This document shows, one piece after another, positions 55,401 to 64,000 of a stretch of DNA of 64,000 nucleotides (the first letter of the stretch is position 1; each line of letters opens with the position of its first letter). Source of the stretch: an uncultured Verrucomicrobiae bacterium (GTDB taxonomy: Bacteria; Verrucomicrobiota; Verrucomicrobiia; Chthoniobacterales; UBA10450). Below the pieces are notes generated by a model. It was not told the DNA's origin. It worked only from the letters and a program-made list of their open reading frames with translations, and searched no databases. Position numbers and translations under genes: made by a program. The stretch lies in assembly GCA_963801815.1 (NCBI GenBank), contig CAWDGJ010000002.1:96001-160000 (forward strand), in the 5' to 3' direction.

Positions 55401-55736
55401 TCAGAAATTTAGTTTTACGCTACCTTCATGCTGCTCGTTTGGGCACGGTGCGTTCAACGGAACGTCGGTTTGCGCCGCGCTCGGCTGGACCAGCTTGTTG
55501 TCGATCAAATACTTTTCGACTTCTTCCCCGCTGACATCGGCCAGCATATGACCGCTGATTTCGACGCATGGTGAAAGCGGCTGACCGCTTTTGGTTTCCA
55601 TCTCCCAGCGAAATGCCGGGTTCTGAATAATGTCCTTTTCAGCGTACGTTAAATTGTACTTTGCCAGGACGGCACGGACTCCAGCACTCCAGCCGCAATA
55701 GGTTTTCAAATAAGCAGTGATTTGGGGCGTATCCAT
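55401..55736 (-). CDS. Monothiol glutaredoxin-like protein
   Basis: YLKTYCGWS active-site motif, SGQPLSPCVEI. Confidence 0.8.
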   Translation of the reverse strand: MDTPQITAYLKTYCGWSAGVRAVLAKYNLTYAEKDIIQNPAFRWEMETKSGQPLSPCVEISGHMLADVSGEEVEKYLIDNKLVQPSAAQTDVPLNAPCPNEQHEGSVKLNF

Positions 55737-55829
55737 TATTAGAAGGATAACACATCAACGCCGAATTTCAGCACTGGCGTCCCCAACAAAAAAGATCGAC
55801 AACCGAGTTGCCGAATTGCTAAAAGCCCT

Positions 55830-55878
55830 GCCGGGAGCTCCATTTCCCTGAGGCCGTGTTTTTGACGGAGCTCCCGGC
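55830..55878 (-). terminator. Possible terminator hairpin after the ECF sigma gene
   Basis: 12 bp inverted repeat GCCGGGAGCTCC / GGAGCTCCCGGC with a T tract shortly after on the minus strand. Confidence 0.45.
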
Positions 55879-55888
55879 GCCCTGAAAG

Positions 55889-56491
55889 TCAAATCTTGTG
55901 TCGCAACGGTTTCAACGATTGGGTCAACTTCTGTAAACCAAGTTCCAGTCGCGTCTTGACCGTGCCGAGTGGAGCACGCGTGACCGCAGCGATCTCGCGA
56001 TGGCTCATTCCCGCAAAGAACGCGAGCTCAAGGGCTTCGCGCTGATGATGCGGCAACACGTTCAAGCGGCGATGCAGGAACGAACGCAAATCGGAGCGGG
56101 AGATCTGGTCGTCTGACGAATGACTGTCCATCGCGGACGGTTGCTCGCTGATCTGTTCCTGGTAACGCTCTTTCGCGCGGCAGTAGGCCTGTTTCCGGCG
56201 GAGTCGATCAATCGCGCGGCGGCGCGCGAGCGTTACCACCCAGCCGAGCAGTTTACCCGCTTTGGGGGAGTAATGGTCGGCCTCGTGCCAGATTTGCAAC
56301 AGAATGTCCTGCAACACGTCATCCGCGTCACCTTCTTCATGGACGACGTTGCCGATCACGGATTTGAGCCGGCCTCCGTGGCGCGAGTAAAACTCGGTCA
56401 ACGCTTCCGGCTGATGCGCGGTGATGGCTTCCATGAGTGCTTCGTCCGAAATCGTCGAGCCTGTGGTGTACTGCGAAGTTGGATTTAACAT
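55889..56491 (-). CDS. ECF sigma-70 factor (SigK-like)
   Basis: DADDVLQD, ARRRAIDRLR, QREALELAFFAGMSHREIA...PLGTVKTR. Confidence 0.9.
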   Translation of the reverse strand: MLNPTSQYTTGSTISDEALMEAITAHQPEALTEFYSRHGGRLKSVIGNVVHEEGDADDVLQDILLQIWHEADHYSPKAGKLLGWVVTLARRRAIDRLRRKQAYCRAKERYQEQISEQPSAMDSHSSDDQISRSDLRSFLHRRLNVLPHHQREALELAFFAGMSHREIAAVTRAPLGTVKTRLELGLQKLTQSLKPLRHKI

Positions 56492-56704
56492 AAATTTCCC
56501 CTAACGAGTTTTTCGTTCCGTCTGTTCACGCTATTTATTTTCACAACTCACCAACGATGAAGATTGAGCGGATGGTTCGCAATCGGGACAGACACCGGTT
56601 GAGTAATAGGTCAAATCCTTAGACCAGTTGGACTTGGAAACGACCGCTGCGTAAAAACTCAGTGGCGTCGTGATGCGCCACTGGACGTTGCAGCGTCGCA
56701 ACTA

Positions 56705-57091
56705 TTACGCAGCGGGACGAAATTGCAGCGCAAACTTGCGCAATCGCGCGGAGAATTTTTCGCGCGGCCGCACCAGCGTCTTTTTTTCCGTGCCGATTTT
56801 TTCGCCTCCCAACATGATCCGCGCCAGGACTTCGTCTGTCGGCATCACCCAGTCCATCGGAATGGAGTGGCAACGATTCGTCGGACAAATCAATCGCAAC
56901 GGACCGCCGCCTCGCGTCCCACCCACTACGAGAATGCCGTGACCGTCAATAATGTCGCCACAAGCAAGGCAGTAACGCTTGTCATCGAGCGAATGCCATT
57001 TTCGATAGCGATCTAGTCGCTGCAAAATCTCGAGCTTTTCTGCGTCGGAGAGGTCGATTGGGGAAAGGAGTTGAGACATTGCGCGCATCAT
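56705..57091 (-). CDS. Hypothetical four-cysteine (zinc-finger-like) protein
   Basis: YCLACG...ICPTNRC; 128 aa. Confidence 0.65.
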   Translation of the reverse strand: MMRAMSQLLSPIDLSDAEKLEILQRLDRYRKWHSLDDKRYCLACGDIIDGHGILVVGGTRGGGPLRLICPTNRCHSIPMDWVMPTDEVLARIMLGGEKIGTEKKTLVRPREKFSARLRKFALQFRPAA

Positions 57092-57282
57092 GTCCCGATC
57101 CGCTTCTGCGATACAATCGGATAGGCGGTTGATCGAAATATAAGGGAAAACCTTACCCGAGATAGAAGTTCGGCGTGAACTCGCAGCGGGAAAGTGAAAT
57201 CAAGGTGACAAAGTAGAGTTTCCCAACGCCCTTGGTCAAAAGAGCACATCCAACGTAGGTGATCTCCACGTTTTGAGGTTGG

Positions 57283-57594
57283 ATGAAAACGCACAATGAG
57301 TTCGAGCATAGTGGCCTCCGGGAAAATTCAACGCTCGCGGCGATGGAGCGCATGGAACTTTATTGTGTAGCGCACCCGGGAAGTCCATCCGCCGCGCGGC
57401 GGCCACATCTGTTATATCGCGGCCAGCTTTGGATCGCACTTCTAGGCCCGACCGTGGAAGACGGTATTGTCGGGATCGGTCAAACCGTCGAAGCCGCGCT
57501 TCGCGCATTCGACGCCCAATATCTCGCTGGTCTGCGTCCGCCATCCGAAGGGCTTCGTCGCGCCGTCAATCACTCAAAGGTTCGTGCCGCGTAG
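57283..57594 (+). CDS. Hypothetical protein with HicB-like motif
   Basis: WIALLG...GIVGIGQTVEAALRAFD pattern. Confidence 0.55.
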   Translation: MKTHNEFEHSGLRENSTLAAMERMELYCVAHPGSPSAARRPHLLYRGQLWIALLGPTVEDGIVGIGQTVEAALRAFDAQYLAGLRPPSEGLRRAVNHSKVRAA

Positions 57595-57772
57595 TTGGCG
57601 AAGTTAAAATTTGATCGACGGCCGGACGCCGTGCTTCCAGTTATTCTTATCACGAACAAGTCACCAATATTTTGGGCGAAATAATTTCCGGCGATGTGAG
57701 GATTCAGATCGCCAACGTTTTTTTTGAAGCCTTGGAAAAGCTTCGTTGCCTGTCGCCCAATCGGCTCGACCG

Positions 57773-58057
57773 TTAGCCGCGACGCTTGCGAGTTGGCTTT
57801 GACCGTTTTGACAGCGGAAGCGGCAAGATCACCTCGCCGTCTCGCGAACCGCGACTGGCCCGCTCAAAGACGGCGCAAAGTCCGACGTCATAAAACGTAA
57901 CCGCTAATTCGTTCGCATCGGCGAAGCGTTGGATTTCCTTTTTGCGCTTTTCAGGACTGATCGTCGTCGGAAAGACCCGCGCCAGCTCAGAATTGTAAAC
58001 GGCGCAGACTTCTTGTTCTTTTAGTTCGGTCTCAATTCGGGCGACAAGTTTACGCAT
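57773..58057 (-). CDS. Hypothetical protein
   Basis: 94 aa ATG-started ORF with a basic tail. Confidence 0.55.
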   Translation of the reverse strand: MRKLVARIETELKEQEVCAVYNSELARVFPTTISPEKRKKEIQRFADANELAVTFYDVGLCAVFERASRGSRDGEVILPLPLSKRSKPTRKRRG

Positions 58058-58330
58058 ACTGGGAAGGTTGGCTGATCGCAGCCACGATTAATGACTAGCG
58101 ACGCTTAATGACGGTGGGTCAAACAGTTTTGTTCGAGAAACGTACGGAAACTTTCTAACGGTTGATTGTTACGACCGAAACTCGTTTCCGGAGCGTTTAA
58201 TCCTCAAGAGCCGTGATCTTGCTTGCTGCGATTGCCCGAACGACCGCTCACCGCTGACGGGTTTTGACTTTCGGCACCGGGCTTTTGCGGTTAAGATCCA
58301 CACTAGGGGTCGCAGATTTGTTCCTGGTTT

Positions 58331-60358
58331 ATGAACAAAGCGAAGAGCGCTGAACGTAAAAGAGCGAAACGACATCGCAACGGGGCGAACGGTTGGCGTG
58401 ATATCGGCGCAACCGCGAAGAACGGTAGCGCCCGTCATTCGGGCGGCTTTGCTTCGAAGCGTCTGAGGCATATTGCCAATCGCAAACGTAGTGAAGAATC
58501 AGCCGGTGAAGCGGACCGCAAGTTCCGCGAAATGATCGATGCGTTGCCGGCTGCAGTTTACACCACTGACGCTCAGGGCAGACTTACTCATTTCAATCAG
58601 GCCTGCGTCGAATTGTCGGGCCGCGTTCCGGAACTCGGGACCGACAAGTGGTGCGTCAGTTGGAAACTCTACTATCCAAACGGCCAGCGCATGCCGCATA
58701 GGGAATGCCCGATGGCGATCGCGCTCAAAAAGGGTCGCGTAATTCGCGGAGCGGAAGCGATCGCGGAACGGCCGGACGGTTCGCGGGTTTGGTTTACCCC
58801 CTACCCAACGCCATTGCGCGATGCGCGCGGGCGAATCGTCGGCGGCATCAACATGTTGGTCGACATCACGGAACGGAAACGCGCCGAAATTGCCGTAATG
58901 CGCCTGGCTGCAGTCGTCCGATCCTCGCATGACGCAATCGCAGCCAAGGATTTGAATGGCATCATCACCGACTGGAACGAAAGCGCAGAACGCATCTTTG
59001 GATATAAGGCGAAAGAGATTATCGGGAAATCGGTTCTGACGCTGATTCCGAAAGATCGACAAGCGGAGGAAACGGAGATCCTGAGAAAAATTCGTCGCGG
59101 CGAATCAATCGACCATTACCAAACCGTGCGCCGCTGCAAGAATGGCTCCCTTATCGATGTTTCGCTGACCATTTCGCCGGTAAAAGATGCCAAGGGAGAG
59201 ATTATCGGCGTTTCAAAAATCGCCCGCGACATCTCTCAGCATAAAAAAGATGACCGTCGATTGGTGGAACAAGCGCGGCTGCTTGATCTGAGTAACGAAG
59301 CAATCCTGGTCCGCGACCGACAAGACCGCATCACTTACTGGAATCGTGGGGCCGTCGAGCTGTATGGGTATTCGGCCGAAGAAGCTCTGGGCGAGGTCAC
59401 CCATCGATTGTTGCAAACGGAACATCCCAAACCCCGCGCGCAAATCTTCAACGAACTGGAGCGCAACGATCGATGGAGTGGCGAGCTCGTTCACAAGCGC
59501 AAAGACGGAAGCAAGATCATCGTGATGAGTCATTGGGCGCTGGATCGAGACAAGCTTGGACGGCGAGCTCGTATTCTCGAAAGCAATACTGACATTACTC
59601 GGCGCAAGCGCACAGAAGTCGCGCTCCAGAGATCGAGAGATATGCTCGAACGGCTTGTCACCCAGCGAACCAAAGCGTTGCGGATGGCGAATACTGAATT
59701 GGAAAATGAGATCAGCCGTCGCAAAGGTCTCGAAGGTCAGATTCTGGAAATTAGCGACCGGGAGCAGGAACGGCTCGGTCAGGAATTGCACGATGGTCTG
59801 TGCCAGCAGTTGACGGCTATCGCATTTATGGCCCGGGCAGCGGCGCTGCGCCTAAACGATCATCGCGTCGCCGATCCCAAGGAATTGGAGAAGATTGCCC
59901 ACCTCGTCAACAATTCGGTGATGGACGCGCGCAACATCGCCCACGATTTGCATAAGGAGGAAATCGACGCCGCCGGATTTGAACATGCACTGCGCGATCT
60001 GGCCGAGCGAAAAATCTGGCAGACGCGGTGCCGGTTTCACTGCGACGGCAAGCTGGATATCCAAGACGACAGAGTCGCGTCGGAGATTTTTCGAATTCTG
60101 CGCGAAGGCGTTATCAACGCCAACAAGCATGCCCGCGCCAGCGAGATCGTTCTGGAAGCGTGCCGGCGAAAACGAGAACTGGTTTTCAGCGTGATCGATA
60201 ACGGAGTCGGTCTGAATGGACAGGACAAGAAGCGCGACGGTGGACTTGGGTTTCACATTATGAAATACCGCGCTCAATCAATTGGCGCTCGGCTGGAAGT
60301 GGAATCTCCGCGTCGCGGCGGCACCCGCCTCGCCGTTTACTTGCCACTTTCAAAATGA
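58331..60358 (+). CDS. Cytoplasmic multi-PAS sensor histidine kinase (HisKA_3 type)
   Basis: Three PAS/PAC repeats, ERLGQELHDGLCQ H-box, NANKHA, DNGVG, GLG, GGT; no TM segment seen. Confidence 0.93.
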   Translation: MNKAKSAERKRAKRHRNGANGWRDIGATAKNGSARHSGGFASKRLRHIANRKRSEESAGEADRKFREMIDALPAAVYTTDAQGRLTHFNQACVELSGRVPELGTDKWCVSWKLYYPNGQRMPHRECPMAIALKKGRVIRGAEAIAERPDGSRVWFTPYPTPLRDARGRIVGGINMLVDITERKRAEIAVMRLAAVVRSSHDAIAAKDLNGIITDWNESAERIFGYKAKEIIGKSVLTLIPKDRQAEETEILRKIRRGESIDHYQTVRRCKNGSLIDVSLTISPVKDAKGEIIGVSKIARDISQHKKDDRRLVEQARLLDLSNEAILVRDRQDRITYWNRGAVELYGYSAEEALGEVTHRLLQTEHPKPRAQIFNELERNDRWSGELVHKRKDGSKIIVMSHWALDRDKLGRRARILESNTDITRRKRTEVALQRSRDMLERLVTQRTKALRMANTELENEISRRKGLEGQILEISDREQERLGQELHDGLCQQLTAIAFMARAAALRLNDHRVADPKELEKIAHLVNNSVMDARNIAHDLHKEEIDAAGFEHALRDLAERKIWQTRCRFHCDGKLDIQDDRVASEIFRILREGVINANKHARASEIVLEACRRKRELVFSVIDNGVGLNGQDKKRDGGLGFHIMKYRAQSIGARLEVESPRRGGTRLAVYLPLSK

Positions 60359-61050
60359 AAAGTGCCGCTGCCATCAAGGAAAAACCGAAGACCACTCCGG
60401 TGAAGAGCAAACGGATCGTCATTGTTGATGATCACCCACTATTTCGGAAAGGGCTGGAGCAGTTGATCAACAGTGCTAACGACGCCTTCGCCATTTGCGG
60501 CGAAGCCGGTGATGCCGCCGAAGGCATGAGCAAAATCCGGGAGTTGAAACCCGACCTGGTGATTGTCGATCTTAGTCTGCCCGGCGCGAACGGCATCGAG
60601 CTAATCAAAAACATTCGGGCCGAGTTCGAGAAATTGCCGGTGTTGATTTTGTCGATGCACGATGAATCGCTCTACGCGCTACGCGCGCTTCGGGCGGGCG
60701 CTCAGGGTTACGTCATGAAACAGGAAGCGCTTGAGAATGTCATCGGCGCGATTCGGGAAGTGCTAGCCGGCCGGCCGTACCTGAGCAGTCAGATGTCCGC
60801 GAAATTGATTACGAATTTCGCCAGCGGCAGCACTGAAACTAATCCGACCGACAAATTGAGCGATCGCGAGCTGGAGATTCTGGAACTGATCGGGAAAGGC
60901 CGCGACGTGCACGAGATTTCGGACGCGTTGCACATCAGTCGAAAGACAGTCGAGACTCATCGCGCGCACATTAAAGAAAAACTGAATCTGAAGAACGCTC
61001 GCGAAGTAAACCGATTTGCAGTCCAATGGATTGAAGGCCAGGCCGGATAA
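60355..61050 (+). CDS. NarL/LuxR-family response regulator 1
   Basis: VDDHP, IVDLSLP, LSDRELEIL...SRKTVETHR. Confidence 0.93.
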   Translation: MKSAAAIKEKPKTTPVKSKRIVIVDDHPLFRKGLEQLINSANDAFAICGEAGDAAEGMSKIRELKPDLVIVDLSLPGANGIELIKNIRAEFEKLPVLILSMHDESLYALRALRAGAQGYVMKQEALENVIGAIREVLAGRPYLSSQMSAKLITNFASGSTETNPTDKLSDRELEILELIGKGRDVHEISDALHISRKTVETHRAHIKEKLNLKNAREVNRFAVQWIEGQAG

Positions 61051-61067
61051 AGACCAATTCGATTTTA

Positions 61068-61727
61068 ATGTCTGAAACGAAGAAACGCGTCTTTTTGGTC
61101 GATGATCACCCTGTTTTGCGCAAAGGCCTCGTTCGTCTCATCGACTCGAAACCGGGCTTCGTAGTTTGTGGTGAAGCCAGCACCGCTGTCGATGCCATGG
61201 CCTCAATCCGCGAACTCAAACCGGATCTCGTCGTAGTCGACATAGGGCTCCCGGGCGCGAGTGGCATCGAATTAACAAAGACCATTCGAAGCGAGTTCCA
61301 AAATATCCCGGTCTTGATTCTTTCAATGCACGAAGAGGCGCTCTACGCGACACGTGCGCTTCGAGCCGGCGCGATGGGCTACATCGTCAAACAAGATGCG
61401 GTCGACAATATCGCGGCCGCGCTTCAAGACACTTTGGAAGGAAAACGGTATCTCAGTCCGGGAATTTCCGAACAGCTCCAACAAAACGGAGTCGGCGAGC
61501 AACTGCGATCAAGCCATGATCTGGTTGACCGGCTGACAGATCGTGAGTTGGAAATTTTCGAACTGATCGGCAAAGGCCAGGACGTCCGCGAGATTTCCAA
61601 TGCGTTGAACGTGAGTCCTAAAACCGTTGAGACGCACCGCACCAACATCAAAGAGAAGTTAAAGCTCAAGAATTCCCGGCAAGTAGCGAGGGTTGCGCTG
61701 CAGTGGTTTACCGAACACCCGACTTAG
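61068..61727 (+). CDS. NarL/LuxR-family response regulator 2
   Basis: VDDHP, VVDIGLP, LTDRELEIF...SPKTVETHR. Confidence 0.93.
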   Translation: MSETKKRVFLVDDHPVLRKGLVRLIDSKPGFVVCGEASTAVDAMASIRELKPDLVVVDIGLPGASGIELTKTIRSEFQNIPVLILSMHEEALYATRALRAGAMGYIVKQDAVDNIAAALQDTLEGKRYLSPGISEQLQQNGVGEQLRSSHDLVDRLTDRELEIFELIGKGQDVREISNALNVSPKTVETHRTNIKEKLKLKNSRQVARVALQWFTEHPT

Positions 61728-61788
61728 GCGTATCGACTCTTCAAAAAAATGTTGCGCACTCTGTTAGGCCAGTAGACACTCGCTTTCA

Positions 61789-62091
61789 ATGAAACGCAGC
61801 ACGACGTCACGTGCTTCTGTCGCGGTCCTCGCCTCGGCAGCTTTTTTCTGGACGCTGACGCTCAGCGTTTCGCCACAACTGCACGAGCGCGTTCACCCCG
61901 ATGCGAATCAAGTAGAACATTCCTGCGCGGTCACATTCATTGCATCAGGCAACTGCGATCATTCACCGGATGCGCTTCACATCAGCGCACCGGTTCGCCT
62001 CGACGAATTCAAAATTCCCGAACTGACTCCGCTTTGGATCGGCTCGGTATTTCTCGTCGCTTCCGTTTTCGAACACGCGCCGCCCGCCTAA
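61789..62091 (+). CDS. DUF2946-like small exported/leader protein
   Basis: Signal-like N-terminus, His/Cys cluster LHERVH...HSC...CDH, C-terminal EHAPPA; directly upstream of a TonB-dependent receptor. Confidence 0.6.
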   Translation: MKRSTTSRASVAVLASAAFFWTLTLSVSPQLHERVHPDANQVEHSCAVTFIASGNCDHSPDALHISAPVRLDEFKIPELTPLWIGSVFLVASVFEHAPPA

Positions 62092-62255
62092 TCACGCACA
62101 ATCAAGCCGCGTTTTCATCGCGGGTAACTCGGTAGGGCATTTCGTTGAACGCGGTTCGCATTTGTGCAGATGCGCCGTTTTTACCCGGCTTCGCTCAAAT
62201 CGCGAACGCCACAACCAAATCACAATTTTGAAAACTAGATCGACAACAAATTTCC

Positions 62256-64000
62256 ATGAACAAATTTCCAATAGCGCTAGCCGCGCTGTTTATCACGACA
62301 ACCATCACGAACGGGCAAGAAGCCGTTTCAAAGCCGGGGACTTCGCCAGCAACCGCCGCTGCTTCACCAGCGACAGCGCCATCAACTTCGCCGACACCCG
62401 CGACCGCGACAGCGGAAAGCGTTACCGTCACATCCAACGAGTTGGACATTTCGCGTGAAGCGATTGTGCCGAGCCTTGGCGCGACGCGTTACACGATCGG
62501 GCCCGATCGTCTCGACTCCCAGGCGCAAGGCGAGAATGCGCCGTTTAACGAAACCGTTCTGCGTTTTCCCGGCGTGGCACGCGATTCGTTCGGACAACTT
62601 CACGTCCGCGGCGAGCACGCCAATCTGCAATACCGCATCGACGATGTGCTTTTGCCGGAAAGCATTCCCGGGTTCGGCCCGGAGTTGGCAACGCGCTTTG
62701 CCGATAACATTTCGCTCATGACCGGCGCGCTCCCGGCCCAGTTTGGTTTTCGCCAAACAGGCGTGATCGATATTCATACCAAGAACGGCGCGGCCTTCCT
62801 CAACACTGAAGCGTCAATCTATGTCGGAAGTTTCGACACCTTCCAGGAAAGCCTTGAACGCGGCGGCGTGACCGGAAAGCTCAGCTATTACGTAACCCAG
62901 AGTTATTTCCACAGCGGCATCGGCATCGAAAATCCGACGTCGAGCAACAGTCCGATTCACGACGACACCGACCAATTCAGGGAATTCGTCTACGCATCCG
63001 ATATCATCGACGACACCAGCCGGTTCTCGCTGATCGCCGGCCATAATCACAATGATTTCGAAATCCCGAACAATCCGGGCCAAACGCCAGCGTTCAACGA
63101 CATGGGACGTACGAATTTCAATTCGGCCAAGCTCGATGAGAACCAATCGGAAGAGAACTACTACGACATTCTGACCTACCAAAAGAAATCCGACGTCTTC
63201 AATTTCCAGGCGTCGGCCTTCAATCGATACAGCTCGATCCTTTTTCGTCCCGATGAAGTGGGCGATCTAATTTTCAACGGTGTCGCTTCCCGAGTGGATC
63301 GCGACATTCTTATCGAACGGCGCTGAGTTTGATTCGAGTTACAAGCTCAACGACGAGCACACCATCCGAGCCGGCGGAATTTTTACTGAGCAATACGCTA
63401 CCGTAAACACGGTAACGAACGTTTTCCCGGTGGACACGAACGGCAATCAAATTCCCAACATGCCGCCGCAGCGCGTGGTCGATAATCAACGACAAATACC
63501 GGTTACTTCTACGGTTTTTATTTGCAGGACGAATGGAAACCACTGGATCAACTCACAATTAATTTCGGCGGACGCCTCGATTTCGTGAACGCGTTTCGCG
63601 ATGAGAACCAGTTAAGCCCGCGCATCAACGTTGTTTACACACCGTGGGACGGGACCGCGTTGCACGCCGGCTATGCACGTTACTTTACGCCGCCTCCGTT
63701 GGAAGCGGTTCCCCAAAGCACGATTTCCAAGTTCACCGGCACCACAAACGAATCGGCTATCACCAAGGATTCAACGATCAGCTGCGGAGCGGGCGCATTA
63801 CTTCGACGCCGGCGTCACCCAAAAAATCATGGAAGGCTGGAACGTTGGCCTCGATGGCTTTTACAAAAGCACGCACTCGGTTTTGGATGAAGGCCAGTTC
63901 GGAGAGGCGCTCATTCTATCGTCGTTCAATTATTCGCGCGGCCGAATTTACGGCGGCGAATTCACTACGAATTACGATCACGGCCCGTTCTCGCTTTATG
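62256..64000 (+). CDS. TonB-dependent receptor (frameshifted, runs off window end)
   Basis: Signal peptide, TonB-box-like ESVTVT, plug PGV...LHVRGEHANLQYRID, GALPAQFG...GVIDI, barrel strands QDEWKP...LTINFGGRLD and LSPR. Confidence 0.9.

Noticed and set aside
34224..55736. Selenocysteine recoding in the redox proteins
   Set aside because: The thioredoxin-like (CSNC) and glutaredoxin-like (CGWS) active sites use normal Cys codons; no in-frame TGA at those sites.
56492..57282. Specific transcription-factor sites or riboswitches in the longer spacers
   Set aside because: No consensus or conserved fold could be recognised by eye.

Overview
Gene-dense bacterial chromosomal window, about 55-60% GC by eye. 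Gene content and style suggest a soil Verrucomicrobiota / Chthoniobacterales-like organism (inference only). Housekeeping genes: rfbBD, argCJBDF, floA, amtB, glycerate kinase, gatB, aroC, cystathionine beta-synthase plus gamma-lyase/synthase, rpsA, thrC, asnS, speA and two tRNA-Leu genes. Envelope and regulatory modules: a GT-C membrane pair, a GH18-CE4-GT2 fusion with a GH26 lipoprotein, an MBOAT/SGNH pair, an ECF/anti-sigma/PDZ trio, a PAS kinase with two LuxR regulators, and a DUF2946-like ORF upstream of a TonB-dependent receptor. Many conserved genes are broken by single-base indels, most likely sequencing or consensus errors. The most striking structure is a dense set of small repeat families. 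(i) One 29-33 bp palindrome is translated in frame inside three unrelated enzymes (argJ, glycerate kinase, thrC). (ii) A second family is in frame in argF and also intergenic. (iii) A GxxExxY nuclease-like gene sits between 9-nt-periodic inverted repeats, and gene-less elements of similar design occur elsewhere. (iv) Several REP-like hairpin families start at or next to stop codons. No CRISPR array, integrase or IS transposase was recognised.
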